IMG/VR virus record: IMGVR_UViG_3300035561_000103
Span: 1 to 23,004 of that record
DNA: 23,004 nt
Origin: a virus
Direction: 5' to 3' (one strand)
Notes under the pieces: model-generated
The model's database searches: none
What the model was told of the DNA's origin: nothing
Seen by the model: the letters and a program-made list of their open reading frames with translations, nothing else
Shown here: positions 6,892-14,559 of the stretch, one piece after another
Position numbering within the stretch: position 1 is the first letter of the stretch
Layout: every line of letters starts with the position of its first letter
Program-made: the position numbers and the translations under genes

Positions 6892-9800
6892 TGGACACCG
6901 CAACGGAGATCACTGAGGGCCATTATCAGCGACCGGAAGTTAAAGAAGTTATTCTCAAGTTATGCAGTTATGCCGGAGGGCTCAGGGGGCTCAACGGCGA
7001 CGAGGGTTGGTATTCGAAGGGCCCGGGCGGATCAGTCAAGCTTCGTGGCCCCGGTGACTACGACGACACCACGGCGAGGGCCCGATCGCTCTACATGACC
7101 GCCGACGTATTCGACCCGAAGGTATTCGATCTGTCGGCTCAGTGGATCGAAGGGCGAGGAGGCGAGGGGCGGCCAGCGTTCCCCCTGGGAACGAGAGGAG
7201 ACCTCATATCTTACAGCCTCTTCGCCGACATCGACGCCACAAAAGAGCCGGGGGAGACGGGATCAAAGCTCTACCATCCGGGTCGGATCGAAGCCTTGGA
7301 AGCGGCGGCGTCCTTCATGGTGCGATACCTGAAAGACCGAGGCATCTCAGAGTCAGTGGGGGTCCTATTCTCAGGACAGGGGATTTACGTTTGGCTCCAC
7401 CCGAGCCTATCTGACGTATCGGAGAACAGGGCCCTGGCGGGATTCGACCGTGAAAAGCAGGACCATGATTTTAAGGTCTGGCTCGAAGCATTCAACGCAC
7501 TCCTCTATGATATCGAGAAGGCGTTTTTTGAGGAGTACCCGGAACACGTCGGGCGGGCGAAATTCGATAAGCTCAACAATCAGAAACGAAAAATCAAGTG
7601 CCTGCTGTCGATTCATAAGACCATGCCTTTCGCGGTCGTCCCTCTTGATCGGGATGATGTCAAGATTGATCTGGAACGGGCCCGGCTCACTCTCGATGGT
7701 GGTCTGCCTTCTGAGACGATTGCTGAAGCCGAAGCGTGGCTGGATGGGTGGAAGACAGGGGAAGGCGAAAGGAAGGCGCTGATCTCTCTTCTAAAGCCCT
7801 ATGCCGCCAAAGCCGAAAGGGACATCTCCCGGAAGGCCAATACATCGGGAGAGATCAGCCGGGCATCGGAGCCGATACCTATCTTGGATTGGTGTCCATT
7901 CTATCAAGCACTGGGGAAGTTTCCGGGAGGTACGGGGGCTCACCGAGTATGTGGTGCGCTAGCGGCCTGGCTCTACCAAGCTGGCTGGGAAGAGGGAGAT
8001 GCCTTCGACTTATGGTATAACGTTGCGGCTCGATGTGATGTGGAGACGAGGATCTTTTACACGTCTTATGGGGTCATCAATAGCCCGTCATGTAGGACGA
8101 TCCAGAAGACGAGCGCGGGATATCCGTCTCTCGGCTTCGGGGGGTTGAATTTGTGCAATCCGAATGAGAAATGCGAGGGGGCCACTTGGCCGGGTCAATA
8201 TGGGGCCCCAAAAAAAGACGAACCGGAGGACGTATGCGTACGGGACGTCTGCAATATCACCGTGGTTAATGAGGGGAAGGATTCTGAGCGGGAAGATCTC
8301 GTCTATTCACCTAGTAAGGCCGCCGACGTAATGATAAACCACTTCGATTTGATATCTACGCCAGACGGACTCATCTGGATATACGAAGGGGGAATATACA
8401 GACCAGATGGAGAACACGTTATAGGATCGTTCCTGGATCGGATTGTAGGTGACATGATGCCGATCCGCCTACTGAAGGAGACCCTGGCAAAGATCGTTTA
8501 CCGAACCAGGGAGGATTATGAGGTATTCAATCCAGACCCTTGCATCTTCGGAGTCCAAAACGGTGTTATCGACATGCGAACCGGGAAGTTCGCGCCCCAT
8601 TCCCCCTCTTGGAAAATCACCCGAAAAGCCCCGGTGGTTTACGATCCGTCGGCGGAATGCCCCGAAATTCAGCGGTTTTTATCTTCGAGTTTGAGTCCTG
8701 ATGACTTGCGCTCTCTCTTGGAGATCTTCGCAGCTAAGACCACCAGGATCGTTTTCGAGTACTTCGCGGCGTTCGTGGGGAGAGGTCAGAACGGAAAGAC
8801 GATCTGTGAAGAGCTCATACGCGCTTTCTGGGGGGACGACGCGACAACCGAGGTTCAACTTTCGGGGCTCGGGAAGAACCGATTCGACTTAGTAGAATTG
8901 AAGGATAAGTATTGGCTCATCAATTCGGAAGTGGGTGGAGGGCAACAGGAAAGCCGCTGGATAAAACTGATAAGTGGTGGGGGGAAGGTTACAGCCGACC
9001 AAAAGGGGAGAGACCATGTAGAATTTAGAGCCAGCTGCTTTATAATATTCGACTGTAATAATCCTCCGAAGTTCCAGGATAATTCGCATGGGTTCAATCG
9101 CAGGCTAATTCTTTTGACATGGCCTTATTCTTTTGTCGACTCTCCTACCCCAGGGGTTGAGCATGAACGGAAACGCGACCCGGATTTGTTATCAAAAATA
9201 ACATCTCCGAGCGAACTGTCTGGGCTCCTAAACGTACTTATTCGAATCGCCCCAAAAGTGATCGAATCCAGGATGATCTACCGACGGGCCACGGGGGCGC
9301 AACTGGCAGAAGAGTACGATCTGAAGTCATCCAGTGCGGAGGTGTTCTGGGATCGTTTCTGTGAGCCCGACGACAACACCGACACCCCGAGCCTGTGGTT
9401 ATACCAAAAATACGAAGAGTTCTGCAAGTTGGTCGGGGCGACGGCCAAGAGAGACCGGGATTTTAACGACATTGGCCGAAAGATTCATAAGGTGAAAAAG
9501 GGCAGAACCGACACGCCGCAGGGCAGGGTGCAATCTTGGAAGTTTATATCTTTTTCAGATGAAGAGTACAATAAGTTCCTTTGTAGCTGGTCTTTCAGAC
9601 CAGCTTCCGACCAGCAAGAGACCAGCAAGAAACAACAACAGGACCAGCAAGACCAGCAAGACCAGCATAAAGACGTATATGGCTTAGAGAAAGAAAATAA
9701 AGACATTTTCTATATGGGAAGTAAAACTACCCGGTCTTGCTGGTCTGCTGGTCCTGATAGCGATTCTGCTGGTCACCCTGCTGGTCATGCTGGTCAGCTG

Positions 9801-9980
9801 GTCAGAAACGACGACGTGCTCCAGGTCCTCTCCGAGATGGAACGACAGGGCGACGCCTACAACGTCTCTGCCTTCGAGCTCGAATGGGATCTGGACGAAG
9901 GTGAGGGAGCCCCGCTCCTGGAAGCGAGAGGATGGGAAGAACGATCACCGGGGATATGGTATCCCCCTACGAGGATGTGA
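6891..9980 (+). CDS. Replication protein: AEP primase (PriS-like) + PriL-CTD-like Cys domain + D5/P4-type SF3 helicase
   Basis: FADID (D113/D115), FSGQGIY and DKLNN...SIH primase motifs; Cys335/401/422/428 in a PriL-like context; Walker A GRGQNGKT (aa 630-637), Walker B LINSE, motif C FDCN. Confidence 0.9.
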   Translation: MDTATEITEGHYQRPEVKEVILKLCSYAGGLRGLNGDEGWYSKGPGGSVKLRGPGDYDDTTARARSLYMTADVFDPKVFDLSAQWIEGRGGEGRPAFPLGTRGDLISYSLFADIDATKEPGETGSKLYHPGRIEALEAAASFMVRYLKDRGISESVGVLFSGQGIYVWLHPSLSDVSENRALAGFDREKQDHDFKVWLEAFNALLYDIEKAFFEEYPEHVGRAKFDKLNNQKRKIKCLLSIHKTMPFAVVPLDRDDVKIDLERARLTLDGGLPSETIAEAEAWLDGWKTGEGERKALISLLKPYAAKAERDISRKANTSGEISRASEPIPILDWCPFYQALGKFPGGTGAHRVCGALAAWLYQAGWEEGDAFDLWYNVAARCDVETRIFYTSYGVINSPSCRTIQKTSAGYPSLGFGGLNLCNPNEKCEGATWPGQYGAPKKDEPEDVCVRDVCNITVVNEGKDSEREDLVYSPSKAADVMINHFDLISTPDGLIWIYEGGIYRPDGEHVIGSFLDRIVGDMMPIRLLKETLAKIVYRTREDYEVFNPDPCIFGVQNGVIDMRTGKFAPHSPSWKITRKAPVVYDPSAECPEIQRFLSSSLSPDDLRSLLEIFAAKTTRIVFEYFAAFVGRGQNGKTICEELIRAFWGDDATTEVQLSGLGKNRFDLVELKDKYWLINSEVGGGQQESRWIKLISGGGKVTADQKGRDHVEFRASCFIIFDCNNPPKFQDNSHGFNRRLILLTWPYSFVDSPTPGVEHERKRDPDLLSKITSPSELSGLLNVLIRIAPKVIESRMIYRRATGAQLAEEYDLKSSSAEVFWDRFCEPDDNTDTPSLWLYQKYEEFCKLVGATAKRDRDFNDIGRKIHKVKKGRTDTPQGRVQSWKFISFSDEEYNKFLCSWSFRPASDQQETSKKQQQDQQDQQDQHKDVYGLEKENKDIFYMGSKTTRSCWSAGPDSDSAGHPAGHAGQLVRNDDVLQVLSEMERQGDAYNVSAFELEWDLDEGEGAPLLEARGWEERSPGIWYPPTRM
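9586..9803. repeat. Iteron arrays (13 x GACCAGC) flanking an AT-rich spacer; putative replication origin
   Basis: GACCAGC at 9598, 9609, 9620, 9642, 9651, 9660; inverse GCTGGTC at 9586, 9739, 9747, 9768, 9780, 9789, 9797; AT-rich core at about 9667-9730. Confidence 0.85.
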
Positions 9981-10011
9981 TGACATCATGACCCGACAAA
10001 ATAAGGAGACG

Positions 10012-10344
10012 ATGAAGATGGACAAATTGACCACAACGATATACAAGACCCCGAACTGCCCCAGATGCCGCGAACTGGCGGCATACTTGACCCAGCTGGG
10101 GGTCGATTTCGACGAACAGGATATGAGCTCATCAGAGGTATTGACCGATCTCCGATGTGAGGGCGTCTTTGTGATGGAGGCCCCCGTTCTCCGGGTGGGC
10201 ACGACGTATCACAATACTAATATCCTCTGGAATGGCAACAGGCTCGCGCCCTGGCGGAGAAGAACGCGGCGAGGTGGGTTGGGTCCGATTAAATCAAAGG
10301 ATATAAAAAGGATGACTAATATAATTATGCTTCGGAGATACTGA
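10012..10344 (+). CDS. NrdH/glutaredoxin-like thiol redoxin, copy 2 (possibly frameshifted at the C-terminus)
   Basis: YKTPNCPRC...DLRCEGVF...APVL; AAGGAGA RBS; 34 of 50 core residues identical to copy 1 by hand alignment. Confidence 0.85.
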   Translation: MKMDKLTTTIYKTPNCPRCRELAAYLTQLGVDFDEQDMSSSEVLTDLRCEGVFVMEAPVLRVGTTYHNTNILWNGNRLAPWRRRTRRGGLGPIKSKDIKRMTNIIMLRRY

Positions 10345-10347
10345 TCG

Positions 10348-10911
10348 ATGGCAAAAGCAGGAGAGCCCCGCCGCAAGAAATTCGACACCGAGCGCAGAGA
10401 GGAGCTTTTGGACCTCTTGAGACAAGGATACCGGCGAGGCCAGGCTTGCAAGAAGGTTGGGATTCACCCCAGCACGTTCAATGGTCATATAAATAAAGAT
10501 CCAAAATTTAAAACAGATGTAATGTATGCCGAGATGGAAGCTAACGAGAAGGTGGAGACGGCGTTATACTCGGCGGCTGTTGGGAACGCTAAAAAGAAAA
10601 TTCAACCAAACGTTACAGCGTGTCAGGTTTGGCTCTATAATCGGTGTCCAGAAGTGTGGGCCGACAAGCGGAACATAGGGAGAGCCCGGCCCAAAGATGG
10701 TAAGACTCCAGATGTGTCGTTGAAGTCTCCAGAGGATATCCGGAAGGTCTGCGAGACCTTGATCGCCACGATGTTCCAGGAAGGGACGGCGGTTGACGCG
10801 CCCAACCAGGTCGCTGGATTGATGAAGACCTGGATGGCGGCATTCGGGCTGGAGAAGCTGGAAGACATGGAGAAACGCCTGGCTGAGATCGAAAAGGAGA
10901 GGGAGAAATGA
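10348..10911 (+). CDS. Terminase small subunit-like HTH protein with an extra C-terminal helical module
   Basis: N-terminal HTH, KVETALYSAA, and PNVTACQVWLYNRCPEVWADK (the PDVTAQIFWLKNR.P..WRDK-type TerS signature); upstream TATA at about 10296-10310. Confidence 0.7.
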   Translation: MAKAGEPRRKKFDTERREELLDLLRQGYRRGQACKKVGIHPSTFNGHINKDPKFKTDVMYAEMEANEKVETALYSAAVGNAKKKIQPNVTACQVWLYNRCPEVWADKRNIGRARPKDGKTPDVSLKSPEDIRKVCETLIATMFQEGTAVDAPNQVAGLMKTWMAAFGLEKLEDMEKRLAEIEKEREK

Positions 10912-11081
10912 GACGCCGCTATCCTGGAGGGATGACCACGCTCGTCGGTTGCGCCAATTGCGGGCTTGGATACCCGGTATCGGAGATGCATCAGATAGAT
11001 GACGATGTGTTTATATGCACGTCGTGCTATAAAAAGGCTCAGATAAACATGCGTCAATCGAGGAGATGCCGTGATCGATGA
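10908..11081 (+). CDS. Small zinc-finger protein (57 aa)
   Basis: CANC...CTSC; ATGA overlap; translated by hand. Confidence 0.7.
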   Translation: MRRRYPGGMTTLVGCANCGLGYPVSEMHQIDDDVFICTSCYKKAQINMRQSRRCRDR

Positions 11082-11226
11082 TAAGCGACGCGCTGAGATA
11101 AACGAAATTATGGATCGATTCAACGAGATGCTAAAAGATCCAGATTTTCAACGCGACGTGCAAGAATTTGTCCGGACGGCTAACAGATTAACTCCAGAAC
11201 AGCTTAATAGAAGGTTTACGATATGA
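11071..11226 (+). CDS. Small protein (51 aa) ending LTPEQLNRRFTI
   Basis: GTG with AGGAG RBS; ATGA overlap with the next ORF; the C-terminus resembles a small methanogen family (recalled). Confidence 0.7.
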   Translation: MIDDKRRAEINEIMDRFNEMLKDPDFQRDVQEFVRTANRLTPEQLNRRFTI

Positions 11227-11498
11227 TTGACCTCCTCCCGTCTATCCCGCCTGTATGGGGCTGGAAGAGGGCCAAAGCCGTCGATATCGCGATCGGTGAT
11301 CTCCAGGAGGAGGGGTTCTATCGAGGCATGTTTGGCCGCGATCTTGGAGACTCGTTCAGGTTCATCATGGGTCTTCAGGACGATGCGACCGTTGGCCAGG
11401 ATATCGCGGCTGGAAGCGGCGCGTTCTATCTCACCACCGTCGCGCAGAGGAACGGGTTGGCACTGGAGTTCTGCACCGAGGAGGAGGAGATCGACTGA
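11223..11498 (+). CDS. Hypothetical protein (91 aa)
   Basis: ATGA overlap; coding-like composition. Confidence 0.7.
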   Translation: MIDLLPSIPPVWGWKRAKAVDIAIGDLQEEGFYRGMFGRDLGDSFRFIMGLQDDATVGQDIAAGSGAFYLTTVAQRNGLALEFCTEEEEID

Positions 11499-11613
11499 TC
11501 GTTATCGTCGTGGTGGACTTCGCGACCCCGCCAGACCTAAGCTCTTTTTTCGAGGACCGATGGGAGGCCGTCTATCGATCTGAGGTTATGCCTGAGCCAT
11601 TGGCCGGGATATG

Positions 11614-11654
11614 ACCAAAAGCTATATAAGATCTTAAGATGATATGATATCATC
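11614..11654 (+). promoter_or_regulatory. BRE/TATA (ACCAAAAGCTATATAAG) with stacked palindromes
   Basis: ATCTTAAGAT (11631-11640) and GATGATA-TGA-TATCATC (11638-11654) lie directly before ATG 11655. Confidence 0.7.
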
Positions 11655-12089
11655 ATGTCATCTGGAGACGGTGAAGACAAGAGGATGATTCCGGTAAGGT
11701 CGATTTTTCTGAGACCGGATCAGTACCGGAAACACTGGGATGGAATCACGCCTACCAAGAGAAGTGCCCATGTTCGGGATCGGTTGGTTCATGCAGACAA
11801 CTTCGATTTTTTGCGCGAATCGGTCCAATGGTTTGCCACCGTGATGGAGGTTGTCCTGCGGAAGAACGACCACAAAGGCGGATGGGAGAACGAGCCGTTT
11901 CAGTATTTCATTGACCGGATGCGAGACGAGCTATCCGAGATCGAGGGAGCAATTGCCAACTTGAGGCCGTCCGATGGCGATCTAATCGATCTCGTCAATG
12001 AATGCGCGGATCTTGCGAACTTCGCGATGATGTTGGCAGAGAACGCACACCGAAAAGCCATGGAATGGGATGAAGAGGAGGAGAGGTAA
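11655..12089 (+). CDS. RHH-like N-terminus fused to a MazG-like (dNTP pyrophosphohydrolase-type) domain
   Basis: VRSIFLRPDQY...KRSAHVRDRL, then WFATVMEVVLRKNDHKGGW...RMRDELSEI...NECADLANFAMML with acidic motifs intact. Confidence 0.7.
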   Translation: MSSGDGEDKRMIPVRSIFLRPDQYRKHWDGITPTKRSAHVRDRLVHADNFDFLRESVQWFATVMEVVLRKNDHKGGWENEPFQYFIDRMRDELSEIEGAIANLRPSDGDLIDLVNECADLANFAMMLAENAHRKAMEWDEEEER

Positions 12090-12092
12090 ACC

Positions 12093-13583
12093 GTGATCCT
12101 CCAGGGCGACTGCCGGGACCGAATGGCCGAGATGGAGGATAATTCTATCGACTCAATTATATGCGATCCTCCTTATGAAATTGGCTTTATGAATCGTGGC
12201 TGGGATTCAAATGGCATAGCCTACGATCAGGAGGTCTGGAGGCAGGCGTGGCGCGTCCTGAAGCCCGGCGGCTATATCCTGGCGTTTGGGGGCAGCAGAA
12301 CTTATCATCGGCTGGCTTGTGCTATCGAGGACGCGGGATTCGAGATCAGGGACTGTATCTCTTGGGTATATGGATCAGGATTCCCGAAAAGTCTGGACGT
12401 GTCGAAGGCGATCGACCGGGCGGCTGGGGCCGAGCGGGAAGTGATAGGGCAATCAGAAGTTTGGGAGAATAATGCAACAGGTGGCAGAGGTGGTCAATAT
12501 GCAAACGGTCCCGCATTGCCAGCGGATGGTAGCCGCAAAACTGTCGACATCACCGCCACCGATGCCGCCCGCCAATGGGACGGGTGGGGGACCGCTCTCA
12601 AGCCTGCCCATGAACCGATCGTGATGGCTCGCAAACCACTCTCCGAGAAGACCGTTGCGGCGAACGTCCTCCGGTGGGGTTGCGGCGCGGTGAACATCGA
12701 CGCGAGCCGGATCGGGACGGAAGATACAATTTCACCGAGCGGTGAGACCGTAACCACGAACTGTCATCAAGGCTACCAGCGGCCTAACGCGTCGATGTTT
12801 AATACCGGGAAGCCGAAAGAGCGCAGCGGCCCTGCTAATCCATCAGGCCGCTGGCCTGCGAATTTGATCCTCGGACACGCGCCGGGGTGCGTTCGGCGAG
12901 GGGAGAAGAAGGTGCGGGGCGTCCAGAAGGCAGCTGGGTCTCCAGGATTCGGATCTGATAGAGACGATAATTACGAACTCGGAACGGGCCGAGAATACGG
13001 CCCGGAGGAGACCGTCGCCGACTGGTGGTGCGCCGAGGGATGCCCCGTCCGTATGATCGGGGAGCAATCGGGGCATTTGAAGAGTGGAAAAGTAAAACCA
13101 TATAAAAATAATGGTGGATGGAAGCAAACAAGCGATTTTAAAACGGGTTCGTTTGAAGCCAGTGAAGGCACCGCCGCCCGGTTCTTTTTCCAGGTAGACC
13201 CGGACCCGCTCTTTTATTGCGCGAAAGCTTCGAGGAGCGAAAGGAATCGGGGGCTGGAGGGGATGCCGCTCTGCCCCCCGCCAGGGAGCAAAAGAAGCAC
13301 CCCCGCGCCAGGCCGAAAGAGCGCGTTAGGCAATCCCCGCCAAAACGGTCATCCCACGGTCAAGCCCCTCAAGCTGATGAGATACCTCGTCAGGCTCGTC
13401 ACGCCACCGGGCGGGACGGTCCTGGACCCATTCGCCGGATCGGGTACTACCTTGGTAGCCGCGAAAGAGGAGGGGTTCAATTTCATCGGGATCGAGCTTG
13501 AGCCTGAGTACATCGAGATCGCCGAGGCTAGACTGGCCGCGGCGGAGAGGCCCCCGGCGACGCTGGAGGACTTCGCGCCATAA
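12093..13583 (+). CDS. DNA amino-methyltransferase (N6-A/N4-C), beta class, with large insertions
   Basis: Motif IV DPPY near the N-terminus, HPTVKP, and motif I VLDPFAGSGTT near the C-terminus. Confidence 0.93.
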   Translation: MILQGDCRDRMAEMEDNSIDSIICDPPYEIGFMNRGWDSNGIAYDQEVWRQAWRVLKPGGYILAFGGSRTYHRLACAIEDAGFEIRDCISWVYGSGFPKSLDVSKAIDRAAGAEREVIGQSEVWENNATGGRGGQYANGPALPADGSRKTVDITATDAARQWDGWGTALKPAHEPIVMARKPLSEKTVAANVLRWGCGAVNIDASRIGTEDTISPSGETVTTNCHQGYQRPNASMFNTGKPKERSGPANPSGRWPANLILGHAPGCVRRGEKKVRGVQKAAGSPGFGSDRDDNYELGTGREYGPEETVADWWCAEGCPVRMIGEQSGHLKSGKVKPYKNNGGWKQTSDFKTGSFEASEGTAARFFFQVDPDPLFYCAKASRSERNRGLEGMPLCPPPGSKRSTPAPGRKSALGNPRQNGHPTVKPLKLMRYLVRLVTPPGGTVLDPFAGSGTTLVAAKEEGFNFIGIELEPEYIEIAEARLAAAERPPATLEDFAP

Positions 13584-13623
13584 ATGCACGCGTGCTTTTC
13601 CGAATGCACGGCGTGCGTTTTTT
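13584..13623 (+). terminator. Tandem palindromes with T-runs (terminator or operator)
   Basis: GCACGCGTGC (13586-13595) then TTTT; GCACG-G-CGTGC (13606-13616) then TTTTTT, directly after the MTase stop. Confidence 0.45.
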
Positions 13624-13656
13624 CGCATACCTGGCGGCGATCCTGGAGATCCGAAA

Positions 13657-13842
13657 ATGAGAGGTCTATCATCTTTCGAAAAACGGCTCGCGAAACTGGA
13701 GCCCAACGCTGATGAGAAGAGCTTCGCGATTCCTGACGCGATGTTCGCCGAATCGATGAGGCTGATATCGGAAACGATACCTGAAGAGCTGGATGGGAAG
13801 CCATCGAGGGCGGTGGAGGAGGCAATCAGGTTACTAGGATGA
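13657..13842 (+). CDS. Small protein (61 aa) with EKRLAKLE motif
   Basis: ATG 13657 after GGAGA; start corrected from the ORF track. Confidence 0.6.
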   Translation: MRGLSSFEKRLAKLEPNADEKSFAIPDAMFAESMRLISETIPEELDGKPSRAVEEAIRLLG

Positions 13843-13845
13843 CCA

Positions 13846-13905
13846 CAAGTTATATATACATGGCATACCAATAATACATATTGTAGGGCGCGACGCCCTG
13901 AGAGG
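13846..13905 (+). promoter_or_regulatory. TATA (TTATATATA), TACA-TAT-TGTA palindrome and AGGGCG-CGA-CGCCCT hairpin before the RBS
   Basis: Seen in the intergenic gap upstream of the 13918 operon. Confidence 0.6.
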
Positions 13906-13917
13906 AGATGAGAGAAT

Positions 13918-14151
13918 ATGGCGAATTATATGGCTATAGGGGGATACAATCGCCCCGCCGAAACATCGAGGACCATTACTCGCTTTTGCGGGTATGGGTT
14001 CTTTGTGACCGCCCCCGAAAATCAGTTCGGGGAATTCTTGGAACGGAAGCGCGAATCGATTGGCGCCGTCCCGACGTGGGCGGCAGAGAAAAATGTACTG
14101 AGATTCGTTGTTGGGGTGTCCATTCGCCGATTCTTCTCGGAGGCCCCCTGA
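13918..14151 (+). CDS. Hypothetical protein (77 aa)
   Basis: GAGGAG RBS upstream; TGATG coupling to the next gene. Confidence 0.6.
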   Translation: MANYMAIGGYNRPAETSRTITRFCGYGFFVTAPENQFGEFLERKRESIGAVPTWAAEKNVLRFVVGVSIRRFFSEAP

Positions 14152-14447
14152 TGACCTCCAGATCTGACGCACCCCTTCCGATAGCGTTCTCTTCTCGGAA
14201 CGCTATCAGGAAGCTCAAGCTAGAGCTTTCAGCCAGGATTGGAGAGGCGCTGACCTACGACGATGTGCTCCTCCTCCTCCTGGAAGAACACGACACCATC
14301 GATCGAATCGAAGATATGATCCTGGCGGCTATAGAGTCGTTCTCGGAGGCAGAAGCCGAAGGGATGACGTCGATACCGATAGGCGACGTCCTGGGATTCA
14401 TGGGCGAGCTGAAAGCTGAGGCCGAGGGCGATTATGCCGAAAACTGA
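14151..14447 (+). CDS. RHH/antitoxin-like protein (98 aa)
   Basis: GGAGG RBS; RNAIRKLKLELSARIGEALTYDDVLLLLLE pattern. Confidence 0.65.
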   Translation: MTSRSDAPLPIAFSSRNAIRKLKLELSARIGEALTYDDVLLLLLEEHDTIDRIEDMILAAIESFSEAEAEGMTSIPIGDVLGFMGELKAEAEGDYAEN

Positions 14448-14559
14448 TCGGATGTTCGGCCTCTCCAGGCTTATGGAGCAATGCCCTGGAATCAGGCCGT
14501 TCGTTTATGGATTTATAGCCCTGGTCATTATAATATGGGCGGAGGTGTACCTGATATGA
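14434..14559 (+). CDS. Small membrane protein (41 aa)
   Basis: MPKTDRMFGLSRLMEQCPGIRPFVYGFIALVIIIWAEVYLI; one TM helix; ATGA overlap with the peptidase. Confidence 0.6.
   Translation: MPKTDRMFGLSRLMEQCPGIRPFVYGFIALVIIIWAEVYLI

Noticed and set aside
9598-9803. Gln-rich and SAG-repeat protein segments as functional low-complexity domains
   Set aside because: The two peptide repeats are reverse complements at the DNA level, so the constraint is on the DNA.
6891-13583. Inteins in the long replicase or in the MTase insertions
   Set aside because: No intein splice-junction motifs (N-terminal C/S with terminal HN) or LAGLIDADG blocks recognised; the MTase inserts resemble those common in phage beta-class MTases.
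13326-13871. Overlapping 158-181 aa minus-strand ORFs
   Set aside because: Shadows of the GC-rich MTase 3' end and the next ORF; no recognisable motifs.
13908-14447. 179-aa ORF from the track
   Set aside because: Better explained as 13918..14151 plus 14151..14447, which have a TGATG overlap and their own RBS.
14481-14555. N-terminal extension of the Ntn peptidase (possible propeptide)
   Set aside because: The region encodes a separate TM peptide in another frame; a strong RBS and ATGA overlap support the start at 14556.
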